The notes: generated by a model from the letters alone, not told the origin. A DNA stretch of 64,000 nt from Candidatus Lustribacter sp. (GCA_965277805.1 OZ255842.1:1920001-1984000); one strand, 5' to 3'. Shown: positions 18,909 to 28,644, counted from the first letter of the stretch. Numbers and translations are program-made.

Positions 18909-20075
18909 CTAGCCCGGCCCGTGTACCATCGGCGACGTCGCGATTTCCGTGTTTTGGAGTTTTCCGTTTACTCGTTCGGTGCGGCGGATGTAGACGTTTT
19001 GCACGAGGTCGCGATTGGCCGGGTCGATCTCTACGGGACCGCGCGGACTCTCCCACTTGAGGCCCTTGAGCGTTGCCATTGCCTTGTCGAGTGCGATGGG
19101 CCCGTTTTGCTTTGAAGCTACTGCCGCGATTGCCGCCATAACATCGTAGCCTTCCACAGCCGCGAAGTTCGGTTCTAGGGCCGGACGCAGCGCCTTAAAC
19201 GTTTTGACGAACTGCGCGTTGAGCGCGCTCTTGTGCGCCGCGCTATAAATGTACGCAGTGATCAGACCGATCGCCAGATCGCCGTCGGCTGCGAGATTGT
19301 TTTCGTCGACGAGATCACCGGTGGACAGCAGCTTCGACGTCTTGTCGAGCCCAATATTGTGATAGGCCTGCAAGAACTGCCCAGCACCGCCGAACGATGG
19401 GAGAAAAAGGAAGACTGCGTCTGGCTTGGCGTCTTTGATCCGCTGCAGATACGGCGCGAATTCAGCCGTGCCGGTTGGAATCGCATCGGTGCCGAGCAGC
19501 TTCCCGCCGGCGGCGGTGAAGGCTTGAGTGAATCCGCTGCTGGCATCAATCCCGGCTTGCACGTTGGCGTACGCGGTGTACGCGGTCTTCATACCGTTCG
19601 CGGTCGCGTATCTGCCGAGGGCCGCGCCAAGCTCGGCCAGCGTGAACGAGTAGCGCGTCATGTTCGGAAACTTGGCGAGGAAGCCGGTCGACGGCGCATT
19701 CGCCACGAATTGCGGCTTCTGCGCTTCGAGCGTTACGGAACCCGCAGCAATTGCGTTGGGCGTCGAGACGTAGCCGGCGAGCGCATCGACACCGGCTTGC
19801 GCGATCAACTCTTGCGTCTGCCGCATGGCGCCTTCGGGGTTGAGCCCGGTACCGTCGTCGCGCCGGATGAATTGCACAGTTCGCCCCGCTACACGGTTGC
19901 CGTGCATGCGAATGTAGGCATCCATGCCGGCATCGAAGGTGGCCAACGTCGCATCGGTATTCGAATACGACCACACGACGCCGATCCGCAGCGGCGTGTC
20001 GGCTCCGGCGGCGGCGGTGAGGAGTACGGTCGCGGCGAGCCCCGTCGCTGCAATTCGGCGAACACGGAAGTTCAT
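18909..20075 (-). CDS. ABC substrate-binding protein, LivJ-like (aromatic-binding type)
   Basis: VAGRTVQFIRRDD, WESPRGPVEIDP..RDLVQNVYIR. Confidence 0.85.
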   Translation of the reverse strand: MNFRVRRIAATGLAATVLLTAAAGADTPLRIGVVWSYSNTDATLATFDAGMDAYIRMHGNRVAGRTVQFIRRDDGTGLNPEGAMRQTQELIAQAGVDALAGYVSTPNAIAAGSVTLEAQKPQFVANAPSTGFLAKFPNMTRYSFTLAELGAALGRYATANGMKTAYTAYANVQAGIDASSGFTQAFTAAGGKLLGTDAIPTGTAEFAPYLQRIKDAKPDAVFLFLPSFGGAGQFLQAYHNIGLDKTSKLLSTGDLVDENNLAADGDLAIGLITAYIYSAAHKSALNAQFVKTFKALRPALEPNFAAVEGYDVMAAIAAVASKQNGPIALDKAMATLKGLKWESPRGPVEIDPANRDLVQNVYIRRTERVNGKLQNTEIATSPMVHGPG

Positions 20076-21541
20076 GAGCAGTCCCCTCGTTCGGTGAAGT
20101 CGAGTTCCGCCTCTGAAGCCCAGAGGCCGTGAATGTGGGTCGTGGACAGAAAGGGTAAGAGCACGCGCGCCAGCGGCCCGTCCGACAGGTGTAGCGCGTC
20201 CAAGACGATGAGCTCGGAATGCATCGAGCGGTAATCGCTGGCGACGCCGATCAGATAGCCGTCGCCTTCATCGCCCGCGACGGTTCGTGGAACGAAGCAG
20301 CACTCACCAAGCGTCACGCCTTCAGGCACGTGATACGCGTCGCTCGCTCCCGTCGCGAAGTCGAACCGGCCGTAGGCGCCGACGGCCGGTGGCCGGAGGT
20401 GTGCCAGCCGTTCGTGCACCGGGCGTGCCGGATCGCGGAAACCGGCGAATCCGTAGCGGTTGGGCAACGTCAGATAGCGCGGATCGACGCGTCCGCGGTC
20501 GTCGACATCTTCGGCGAACAAGATCTCCTCGGTCCAGGCATCGCTGCGCGAACTCAGATCGAAGCGATACCGGCGGATAAGCGCGCGAGCTCGTGCCGGA
20601 TCGTACGGCGTCCCATCAACGTTGGGAAAGAACGGGAAGAAATTGGAGTTCCAAAACGGCGCGTCGAGCACGACGGTAGTGCCGTCGGTGTGCGCGTTGA
20701 AGGTGTGCATCATGCAACGTTCGGGTCCGCGAAACCAGCGCATATCGCTCGGGGCACCGTCGCGCGGGAGGATCCCGATATAGCTCGGCTGCGAACTGTC
20801 CCAGCCCCAGTGGATGCGCCCGGCCTCCAGGCGTTCGCGGCTCGTCACGTAGCCGCCGAAGGGAAACACGATATGCTCTTGCGTGAGCGCGATGTCATGC
20901 ATCATGCTGACGTACGGCACTTTGAGGTGCCGTTCGCTCGTCACCGCACCGCCGCGATCGATGACGACCACGAACAAGTCGTCGCTGGCCGCACCGGTTG
21001 CTTCGTACCCGTACGCGATCATCTCGCCCGAGAGCGGATCGATTTTCGGATGCGCGGTGAACGTCTGACTCGAGTACGCCCCGCCGAAATCCCACGAACC
21101 GAGCGTCGCCAACGTTGCGGGATCGAGCCGGATCGGTAAGCCGTCCTCCTTAAGTGCGAAGAGCTTTCCCGCATGCGCCAGCGGCGCCGTATTCGCGACG
21201 GTCCGCAACTGTGGCGCCGCCGGGTCGCGCACCACAGGGTCATCCGTAAATGCATTGCGGTAATAGCCGTACAACTGACGGCCGGCTTGGCGGTTCGCCT
21301 CAAAGCGCGGCGTCGCAATCCACCGGCCACGATAGTCTGCGCGCCCGTCGTGAATACGAAAGCTACTCACGTAACCGTCGCTGTTTAGAGGGGCGTCGTC
21401 GGGAAACATCGGCGGATAGAACCACTGGCCGCCGACCCGAACGAACGCACCGTTCATGTCGTGCGGAAGCTCGCCCACGATCTCGCAGTCGATGACGTGT
21501 GCCTCGAAGCGCTCCGAGAGCGGGCGGCTCGGCGCCGTCAT
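20072..21541 (-). CDS. Carotenoid-oxygenase family enzyme (lignostilbene dioxygenase-like)
   Basis: Four-His iron set: FTAHPK, MMHD, MMHTFNA, HIHGLW. Confidence 0.85.
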   Translation of the reverse strand: MTAPSRPLSERFEAHVIDCEIVGELPHDMNGAFVRVGGQWFYPPMFPDDAPLNSDGYVSSFRIHDGRADYRGRWIATPRFEANRQAGRQLYGYYRNAFTDDPVVRDPAAPQLRTVANTAPLAHAGKLFALKEDGLPIRLDPATLATLGSWDFGGAYSSQTFTAHPKIDPLSGEMIAYGYEATGAASDDLFVVVIDRGGAVTSERHLKVPYVSMMHDIALTQEHIVFPFGGYVTSRERLEAGRIHWGWDSSQPSYIGILPRDGAPSDMRWFRGPERCMMHTFNAHTDGTTVVLDAPFWNSNFFPFFPNVDGTPYDPARARALIRRYRFDLSSRSDAWTEEILFAEDVDDRGRVDPRYLTLPNRYGFAGFRDPARPVHERLAHLRPPAVGAYGRFDFATGASDAYHVPEGVTLGECCFVPRTVAGDEGDGYLIGVASDYRSMHSELIVLDALHLSDGPLARVLLPFLSTTHIHGLWASEAELDFTERGDCS

Positions 21542-21542
21542 C

Positions 21543-22046
21543 TTAGTTCGTGACGGTATAGTACGTGAAGAGCGTAGAGCCGGGACCGGGAAGACGCTCG
21601 CCCATGCCGACGATCACCGTGCGCGTCAGCCAGTCGTGCGGTCCGGCCGGAACGTCGAACACCGGCGTGATGACGAAGTAGGTCGATTGCGCTACTTCGA
21701 AATTCGTGGGGCGCGCCTCCGGCGCCAAGGGCCGGCCATCGGGCTGCCGACCGTAGAGATAGCCGCGGTTGTAGAGATAGATCGGCGTCCCGTCAGAGGC
21801 CTCGAGCATGTAATGCGCGTTCAGCTCTGCCACACCGTCGGCGCGTCCCCGCGCCCAATCAGCGCCGCTCTGCGGGATCGCGCGCCCCTGTAGTCGGGGA
21901 CCGGTGATCTCTCCGTGCGAAATGCGCACGTACACGCGGCCACCCATCGGCGTACGCGGCTCGAAGCGCACGCGATCGTCGAAGAAAAGCTTGACCTGAA
22001 ACGCGAACTCGAGCTTGAGTTGGGGAATCGGAAGATTCTCGTTCAC
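21543..22046 (-). CDS. DUF3237 domain protein
   Basis: GEITGPRLQG..SGADW, YMLEASDGTPIYLYNRG, HDWLTRTVIVG. Confidence 0.8.
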   Translation of the reverse strand: MNENLPIPQLKLEFAFQVKLFFDDRVRFEPRTPMGGRVYVRISHGEITGPRLQGRAIPQSGADWARGRADGVAELNAHYMLEASDGTPIYLYNRGYLYGRQPDGRPLAPEARPTNFEVAQSTYFVITPVFDVPAGPHDWLTRTVIVGMGERLPGPGSTLFTYYTVTN

Positions 22047-22110
22047 GGTTCACCTCTGTCAACGAAACTAGTTGCCAAAATGGTTATCATGTACTACTAT
22101 CGGTGTCAAG

Positions 22111-22539
22111 ATGCCGAATGACGACGTCGATCTTGCGTCGCTCGAGTCGTACATCGGCTTTTTGCTGATCCGCGCGCAGCACAAGCTCTATGCGCAATTT
22201 ACCGACATCATGCTCGAAGTCGACTTGTTGCCGGCACAGTTCGCGCTGCTCACGCTGTTGAAGGCAAACCCCGGCATCATGCCCTCGCGCGCCAGCAACG
22301 CCCTCGGCATACAGAAGGCGAACTTCGTGCGCCTTCAGGTTCAGCTTGAAGAGCGCGGCCTTATAGAACGGCAGGCACGTGACGGCCGTTCGTTCGGCCT
22401 ACGGCTCACGAAAGACGGATCTGCGACCCTCCGCAAAGCTCTGCGTCTCCATCGGGAATTCGACGCCGCCGTGCGCGATAAGATCGGCGCCGATGGGGAA
22501 CGGACCCTGCGCCCGCTCCTGCTGTCGCTCACGCGCTAA
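22111..22539 (+). CDS. MarR-family regulator (CouR/FerC-like)
   Basis: LESYIGFLLIRAQ, LEERGLIER, DGRSFGLRLT. Confidence 0.8.
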   Translation: MPNDDVDLASLESYIGFLLIRAQHKLYAQFTDIMLEVDLLPAQFALLTLLKANPGIMPSRASNALGIQKANFVRLQVQLEERGLIERQARDGRSFGLRLTKDGSATLRKALRLHREFDAAVRDKIGADGERTLRPLLLSLTR

Positions 22540-22616
22540 AACCGAACGATACGTCGATGCTTCACATGCAGCCTTCGAGCGGTATTCAACAGACGCAATG
22601 GCGAATCTCGGCGAGG

Positions 22617-23135
22617 ATGCCAAAGGCGAACACGCGATCGATCCTGATTCCTCAGGAGCACATCGACCAGCATCTGCGCGAATTTCCCGGCCTTTTCGAA
22701 GCCTCGAGCACGCAAGTGCTGTTCGCCGTACGTGCGCTCGCGCAACGGATCAACGACCGCGCGACAGACTGGCTCTCCCCCCTCGGTCTCACGTCGACGC
22801 AATATAACTATCTTGCCGTGCTCTATGCAAAACGCGCGACCGGCCTAACCCTCAACGATATCAGCGGCCTGGTACACACGGCAAACGGGTCGGTCACGAC
22901 AATGATCAATGCGCTCGAGCGGTCATCATTGGTGAAACGTACACCCCATCCAAGCGACGGCCGCAGCAGCGTCATATTTCTCACGGCGCGCGGGCGCAAG
23001 CTCTTCGAACGAGCGTTTCAACTCCATCACGAGAACATCGAGCGCACGTTCGCCGGGCTCGCAATCGCCGATCGGAAGGCCTTGCTTGCCGGACTCGAGC
23101 GCCTCGGTGACGCCTTTGCGAAGGATTCAAAATAG
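22617..23135 (+). CDS. MarR-family regulator
   Basis: LGLTSTQYNYL, LVKRTPHPSDGRS..FLTARG. Confidence 0.85.
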   Translation: MPKANTRSILIPQEHIDQHLREFPGLFEASSTQVLFAVRALAQRINDRATDWLSPLGLTSTQYNYLAVLYAKRATGLTLNDISGLVHTANGSVTTMINALERSSLVKRTPHPSDGRSSVIFLTARGRKLFERAFQLHHENIERTFAGLAIADRKALLAGLERLGDAFAKDSK

Positions 23136-24170
23136 ATGCAATGCGCTCATACTCGCGCCGCGTTCTTGACGGGTAGCGTCGCGGCAGCCGCGGCCGCTGC
23201 AATTCCGTCCGGGATCGGTGCCCAAAGCGGCGGATCACTGCGGCGGAACATCGACGTCCATCAGCACATTCTGCCGCCGGAATACCTGGCCGCGGCACGA
23301 GCAGCCGGCCGTATTGCCGACGTCGGTGAGGCTCCGGCCATTCTCGGATGGCAGCCGCAACAGAGCCTCGAGCGGATGGACCAGCTCGGCATCGACATTG
23401 CAATCACCTCGATCTCGACACCCGGCGTTACGCTCGGCGACGTGGCGAATGGCCGGCGCCTGGCCCGCGCGTGTAACGAATATGCCGCGAATCTGGCCCG
23501 CGAACACCCGGGCCGCTTCGGCAGCTTCGCATCGCTGCCCCTGACTGATGTCCCCGGCAGCCTCACCGAACTCGCCTACGCGCTCGATCAGCTGCATGCC
23601 GACGGCGTGGTGCTCTTAAGCGTGTACGGCGATCGCTGGGTTGGCGACGCGGCATTCGCGCCGGTGCTCGATGAACTGAACCGGCGGAAGGCGGTTGTTT
23701 TCGTGCACCCGTCGGTCGGAAACTGTTGCCGCTCGCTGATCCCCAACGTCAATGTCGGCATGATCGAGTATCCGCTCGACACGACACGGGCGATCGTCAG
23801 CCTCCTGGTCGGCGGCACGTTTACCCGCTGCCCCGATATCCGCTTCATCTTCCCGCACGGTGGCGGAACGATACCGATGCTGGCCGATCGCGTGGCCCGC
23901 ACGTCGGGCGCGCGTACCGACTTGCACTTGGGCGCACCGCCCCTCCAGATCTTAAAAAAGCAGTATTACGATGTGGCGCTCTCGGCCAGCGCGCCGTCGC
24001 TGGCGGCGATCAACGCCTTTGCTGATCCGGCGAAGATTCTCTTTGGCACCGATTTCCCGTTTGTCGAGATGGCCTACACGACGGATGGGCTGCGCAATGC
24101 GGGGCTTCCGCTCGATCGGCTCGCCGCGATCGAACGCGGCAATGCGACGGCGCTCTTTCCCCGCCGCTGA
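23136..24170 (+). CDS. Amidohydrolase_2 decarboxylase/hydrolase (ACMSD-like) with export-signal-like N-terminus
   Basis: IDVHQH, VFVHP, FPHGGG, LFGTDFPF; N-terminal TRAAFL plus Ala-rich stretch. Confidence 0.85.
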   Translation: MQCAHTRAAFLTGSVAAAAAAAIPSGIGAQSGGSLRRNIDVHQHILPPEYLAAARAAGRIADVGEAPAILGWQPQQSLERMDQLGIDIAITSISTPGVTLGDVANGRRLARACNEYAANLAREHPGRFGSFASLPLTDVPGSLTELAYALDQLHADGVVLLSVYGDRWVGDAAFAPVLDELNRRKAVVFVHPSVGNCCRSLIPNVNVGMIEYPLDTTRAIVSLLVGGTFTRCPDIRFIFPHGGGTIPMLADRVARTSGARTDLHLGAPPLQILKKQYYDVALSASAPSLAAINAFADPAKILFGTDFPFVEMAYTTDGLRNAGLPLDRLAAIERGNATALFPRR

Positions 24171-24171
24171 C

Positions 24172-25074
24172 CTACTCGCGCTGAATCAATGGACGCACGG
24201 CTTCGCCGTACTCCGTAACCTGCGTCTGCCGCGCGTATTCCTCAATCGACGCGCCGGTCCAATCGCCCGGACGCCACGCGGGATACTTGAAGCGCAAGCC
24301 TCCATCGACCGGAATGTCGATGCCGGTCAGAAACGACGACTCGTCGGAGGCGAGAAAGACCGCCGCCCAGGCGAGATCGGAAGCCCGCGGAAAGCGTTCC
24401 AGCGGGATCATCTTGAGGTAATCGTCCCGTGAGTAGAACGAACGGCGGTCCGGCCGTTCAGCCGTCGGCGTTTCGATCTCGTCGCGCATGTTCGTCCACA
24501 ACTGGTGTTCCATCGCGCAGGGCGTGATCGTGTTGACGCGGATGCCGTCGTGCGCCAAATCCATCGCGCACGAACGCGCAAGGTTGAGCAACGCACCCTT
24601 CGCCGCCGTATACGCGCCGCCGCTCGCTTCACCGAAATGCGCCGCCGTTGACAGCAAGTGCATGATGCTGCCCCGAACCTTGCCTGCGATCATCGCCCGA
24701 GCGACGTGCTTGGTCGTAAGCATACCCGCCGTCGGAAAGCTCGACATGGCAGCGGTAAATTCGGCGACATCCATGTCGACGATCGGACTCCAGTGCACGG
24801 TACCGGCCATGTTTACCGCAATGTCGACGTGCCCGTAGCGCTCGACGGCGCGACCGACGATTCGTTCGACATCCGGTTCGAGGAGCGCATTGCCCGGCAC
24901 CGCCGTCGCTTCCAAACCGTCACGCACGATCCGATCCGCCGTCGCTTGCGCGACCAGCGCGTTGAGATCGCTAACGACGACCGCAGCGCCCTCGCGGGCC
25001 AGAAAGAGCGCAATCGTGCCCCCGATATTCGGACCCGCGCCGAACACGATCGCCGTTTTTCCTCGAAGTCTCAT
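24172..25074 (-). CDS. Short-chain dehydrogenase/reductase
   Basis: GAGPNIG, YTAAK, IRVNTITP, VDGG. Confidence 0.9.
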   Translation of the reverse strand: MRLRGKTAIVFGAGPNIGGTIALFLAREGAAVVVSDLNALVAQATADRIVRDGLEATAVPGNALLEPDVERIVGRAVERYGHVDIAVNMAGTVHWSPIVDMDVAEFTAAMSSFPTAGMLTTKHVARAMIAGKVRGSIMHLLSTAAHFGEASGGAYTAAKGALLNLARSCAMDLAHDGIRVNTITPCAMEHQLWTNMRDEIETPTAERPDRRSFYSRDDYLKMIPLERFPRASDLAWAAVFLASDESSFLTGIDIPVDGGLRFKYPAWRPGDWTGASIEEYARQTQVTEYGEAVRPLIQRE

Positions 25075-25092
25075 GGAGGCGTCGTTGTCGAC

Positions 25093-25147
25093 TTGACACT
25101 GCCGGGCCTGGTCGGTACGATGCAAATCTATATCGAATTCAAAATAG
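25093..25147 (+). promoter_or_regulatory. Sigma70 promoter TTGACA-17-TACGAT followed by palindromic operator CTATATCGAATTCAAAATAG
   Basis: Consensus -35 at 25093, -10 at 25116, palindrome 25128-25147. Confidence 0.7.
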
Positions 25148-25162
25148 TTTCAGGGGGCCAGA

Positions 25163-26326
25163 ATGAACGAGCATACGGAGCGCCGCGCGTCGCGTCTGAG
25201 CCGCTTGACCGAAACCGCCCGCGGCACCGCTATGGGACAGCTCCTGCGGCGTTTTTGGCAGCCGGTGGCCGTCGGCCGTACCCTCGAGCCGGGGACCGCG
25301 CAGCAGCTGCGCGTCTTGGGCGAAGACCTCACGCTCTATCGCGGCGAAGCCGGCCGTCCCCATCTCGTCGGCTCGCACTGCGCGCACCGGGTGACGCTGC
25401 TCTCTACCGGCTGGGTTGAAAACGACGCGATCCGCTGCATGTATCACGGCTGGGCCTACGACGGAACCGGGGCCTGCATCGACCGGCCGGCCGAGCGAGA
25501 CGAACGGCCGTGCAACGTCCGCATCGCCGGTTACCCCGTCAACGAATACGGCGGTCTGATTTTTGCCTACCTCGGCGAGGGCGACCCGCCGCCTTTCGAG
25601 CTGCCGCGCAAGGATGTTTTCGAGGATCCCGCTCGCATCATCTATGCACGTTCCGAAACGTGGAATTGCAACTGGCTGCAAATGGTGGAGAACTCGATGG
25701 ACGCCGTGCACGTCAGCTTCGTTCATCAAAAGGGCCGCAGCGGAAACTTCATCAAAGTCGTCTCCCAGGCGATTCCGGAACTCGAGTACTTAGAAACCGA
25801 AGCCGGTATCCGGCAAATCGCGACGCGCGGCGAGGGAAACGTGCGCGTGAGCGATTGGACGTTTCCAAACAACAACCACATCAGCATTCCGGGGATGGAG
25901 CCCGGTGACGCTTGGATCGACGTCGGGCACTGGAACGTGCCGGTTGACGACGAGCACACCTACAGAATGAACATTTGGTCGACGCCGTCGCAATCGCCGG
26001 CGATCGACGAGCGGATCAGGGCGTATTTCCGGCAGGCCGGCGCCTACGATCCCGCCCATCATCACGACGAGCTGATCGTCCAAGGACGCTACCCCGCAGA
26101 CCAGCTGTTCGATCTCACCAGCGCGCAAGATTACGTCGCTCAGCGCGGCCAAGGCGTCATCGCCGATCGCGAGCACGAGATCCTCGGCCGCTCGGATGCG
26201 GGTATCGCGTTCCTGCGGCGCATCTTCAGCCGCGAGATCGATGCGATCGCCGGCGGCAAACCCACCAAAGCGTGGACGAAGTTGGCCGAAGCAGCGGTTT
26301 TGCCCGAACAAGTCGCCGCCCACTAG
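25163..26326 (+). CDS. Rieske aromatic oxygenase (PhDO/LigX/CbaA-type)
   Basis: CAHR...CMYHGW, ENSMDAVHVSFVH, QDYVAQRGQG. Confidence 0.85.
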   Translation: MNEHTERRASRLSRLTETARGTAMGQLLRRFWQPVAVGRTLEPGTAQQLRVLGEDLTLYRGEAGRPHLVGSHCAHRVTLLSTGWVENDAIRCMYHGWAYDGTGACIDRPAERDERPCNVRIAGYPVNEYGGLIFAYLGEGDPPPFELPRKDVFEDPARIIYARSETWNCNWLQMVENSMDAVHVSFVHQKGRSGNFIKVVSQAIPELEYLETEAGIRQIATRGEGNVRVSDWTFPNNNHISIPGMEPGDAWIDVGHWNVPVDDEHTYRMNIWSTPSQSPAIDERIRAYFRQAGAYDPAHHHDELIVQGRYPADQLFDLTSAQDYVAQRGQGVIADREHEILGRSDAGIAFLRRIFSREIDAIAGGKPTKAWTKLAEAAVLPEQVAAH

Positions 26327-26338
26327 AAAGCTGCCGCG

Positions 26339-27322
26339 ATGAAAAAGATCCCGATCACGCTGGCGTGCGGCGACTACGACATCATGCGCGCGCTCAAGGA
26401 AGGGCAAGTCGAACCCGACGGCATCGACCTCACCGTGCTGACGGCAATGGACTCATCGCCCCGGCATTGGCGCTTCTTCCGTAACCAAGAATATGACATG
26501 GCCGAGGTTTCCAGTTCGGCCTACTTCGCCTCGCGCGAACACGGCATGCCGTTTCGCGCGATCCCGGTGTTTCCGCACCGGCGCTTCCGCCACGGGTTCG
26601 TGTTCACGAATACGGCGGCCGGCATCAAGACGCCCAAGGATCTCATCGGCAAACGTGTCGGTTCGAAGGCATTCATCTTTTCCGCCACCTTGTGGCTGCG
26701 CGGAATCCTCGAGCACGAGTACGGCGTACCGCACAAGTCGATGGAGTGGTTCACCGAACTCGATGAGGACGTCGACTTCACGCCGCCGACCGACCTGCGC
26801 ATTCAGCGCATCCCGCACGACAAATCCACCGAGACGATGCTGGCCGAAGGCGAACTCGATGCGCTCGTCCACCCCGACCTGATCAAACCGCTCCTCGCCG
26901 GAGATCCCCGGGTTGGACGGCTATGGCCCGATTACAAGAGCGAAGAAATCGCGTACTACCGCAAGACCGGCATTTTCCCGATCATGCACCTCGTTGCGAT
27001 GCGCGCCGAGCTGGTCGAGAAGTATCCATGGATTCCGATCAACATGTATCGCGCATTTCAAGAATCCAAGGCCATTGCGATGAAGCGGCTCGAGAACCCG
27101 CGCATCGTTCCGCTGGCGTTCTATCGCGAAGCCTGGGAAGAACAACAAGAGCTCATGGGACCGGATCCTTGGGAGTACGGGCTCACCGATCAGAACATCA
27201 AGACGCTCGAGACCCTCGTGCAGTACTCACACGAACAAGGCTTCATCTCGCGCCGAATCCCGCTCGATGAACTTTTCCTCAACGTCACGCAAGGGCGCAA
27301 GCGCGAGGAATACCGCATCTAG
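26339..27322 (+). CDS. 4,5-dihydroxyphthalate decarboxylase-like protein (PhtC/OphC family)
   Basis: LACGDYD, PVFPHRRFRH, TGIFPIMH, MGPDPWEYG. Confidence 0.8.
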   Translation: MKKIPITLACGDYDIMRALKEGQVEPDGIDLTVLTAMDSSPRHWRFFRNQEYDMAEVSSSAYFASREHGMPFRAIPVFPHRRFRHGFVFTNTAAGIKTPKDLIGKRVGSKAFIFSATLWLRGILEHEYGVPHKSMEWFTELDEDVDFTPPTDLRIQRIPHDKSTETMLAEGELDALVHPDLIKPLLAGDPRVGRLWPDYKSEEIAYYRKTGIFPIMHLVAMRAELVEKYPWIPINMYRAFQESKAIAMKRLENPRIVPLAFYREAWEEQQELMGPDPWEYGLTDQNIKTLETLVQYSHEQGFISRRIPLDELFLNVTQGRKREEYRI

Positions 27323-27331
27323 CCCCCGCGG

Positions 27332-28561
27332 CTACTTCCCGCTCACTCTCTGATTGGGCTTCAACGCGGCCCCGCCGGCGTCCGAGACGGCGATCCAGGC
27401 ACGCTTCGTGGGCGTCCATTCGCTGAGGACCACATCGCCGAGTCCGAGGCCGCGCTGGTCGCCGGTGCTGAAATCGTAGATCCCGCTCGTGCCCGCGAAC
27501 GAATGCAGCGATTCCATATAGTCGTGAATTTGGGCTGCTTTTGCGTTTGGTCCGAGCTTGCGATAGGCCGAGATCAAGAGCAACGCGGGATCCCAGGCCA
27601 GTTGTTCGCCCGCATCCGGTGTGATTTTTTCCGCTTTGAATGCGGAGAAGAACGTGGCGAGCTGATCGCGCACCGGTCCGGGCGTCATGATGTCGTAGGC
27701 CGGCCATTTACTCGATGCAAAGTACAGCTGTGACGGAAGAATTGCAGCGAGTTGATCCATTGCGGAGTACTCTTGCATCGCGAAGCTGGTGACGACCGGA
27801 ACGTCCAACCCGCCGTCATGCATCCCGTGGAACGCCGTTGCAATCGGTGCTCCCGCCGCCCAGATAACGAGTGCTTGCGGATTCGCCGCCTTGATGCGCG
27901 AGATTTGGGCACTCACGTTGATATCGGTGGGTGAATAGTGCTCGTAGCCGACAACCGCAATGGGACTATTCTCCGGGCGCTTCATCAGGTCGGTGAAGTT
28001 CGAGTCGGCTTCTTGGCCCGAGGCATCGTTCGTGGCTAGAAACGCAATTCGGGTCCAGCCCTTGTCGCGAAAGAAACGCAATGCGGCCGAGATTTCATCG
28101 AATGGCTGCACGCCGGACGAGAACACGTAGCCGCCCGTATCCGGACGCACGGCCGGACTGATGCAATAAAGGATCGGGCCGGTATGCACGACCAGCGGTG
28201 CCGTCGCTCGGCATTGAGCAGCACCGGCACCACCCAAGAGCGCTTGTGCACCGGCGGCGATGACGCCGTTGAGTAACTGCACTGATAGCTGCGGGCTCGA
28301 CTGATCGTCGAGAAATTGAAACTGCAACGGCCGGCCCTGGATACCGCCCGTCCGGTTAATGAAGCGCTGCAGCACTTGCAGGCCTTCTTGCTGCGATTGG
28401 CCGGCAAACGCGAACGTGCCGGTCAACGGCAAGATCGCCGTCAGCGGAAACGGGTCGCTCGCTGCCGGAGCGCGCCCACTGCTCAAAACTGCGAGCCCGA
28501 TCGTCACGATTATCGCAAGTGCAGTGCGCCGGCGCACCGCTAGGTTCAGCTTCATAGGCAT
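27332..28561 (-). CDS. ABC substrate-binding protein, LivJ-like
   Basis: LPLTG, GGIQGRPL..LDDQSSP. Confidence 0.85.
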   Translation of the reverse strand: MPMKLNLAVRRRTALAIIVTIGLAVLSSGRAPAASDPFPLTAILPLTGTFAFAGQSQQEGLQVLQRFINRTGGIQGRPLQFQFLDDQSSPQLSVQLLNGVIAAGAQALLGGAGAAQCRATAPLVVHTGPILYCISPAVRPDTGGYVFSSGVQPFDEISAALRFFRDKGWTRIAFLATNDASGQEADSNFTDLMKRPENSPIAVVGYEHYSPTDINVSAQISRIKAANPQALVIWAAGAPIATAFHGMHDGGLDVPVVTSFAMQEYSAMDQLAAILPSQLYFASSKWPAYDIMTPGPVRDQLATFFSAFKAEKITPDAGEQLAWDPALLLISAYRKLGPNAKAAQIHDYMESLHSFAGTSGIYDFSTGDQRGLGLGDVVLSEWTPTKRAWIAVSDAGGAALKPNQRVSGK

Positions 28562-28606
28562 CCCCGCTTTTGTTTACTTGCCGCCTTTGGCGCGATGCCT
28601 AAAATA

Positions 28607-28624
28607 TATTTCGAATTCCAACGA
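28607..28624. promoter_or_regulatory. Third copy of the GAATTC-centred operator (TATTTCGAATTCCAACGA)
   Basis: AT-rich intergenic region upstream of the SBP gene. Confidence 0.5.
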
Positions 28625-28644
28625 ACTCCTTCGCAACATATTTG

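Noticed and set aside
23124-23135. Half-site GATTCAAAATAG resembling the island operator
   Set aside because: Lies in the last codons of a MarR gene and only one arm matches
14717-27322. Naming the Rieske and decarboxylase genes pht/oph
   Set aside because: Family-level similarity only; reductase and canonical dehydrogenase are absent
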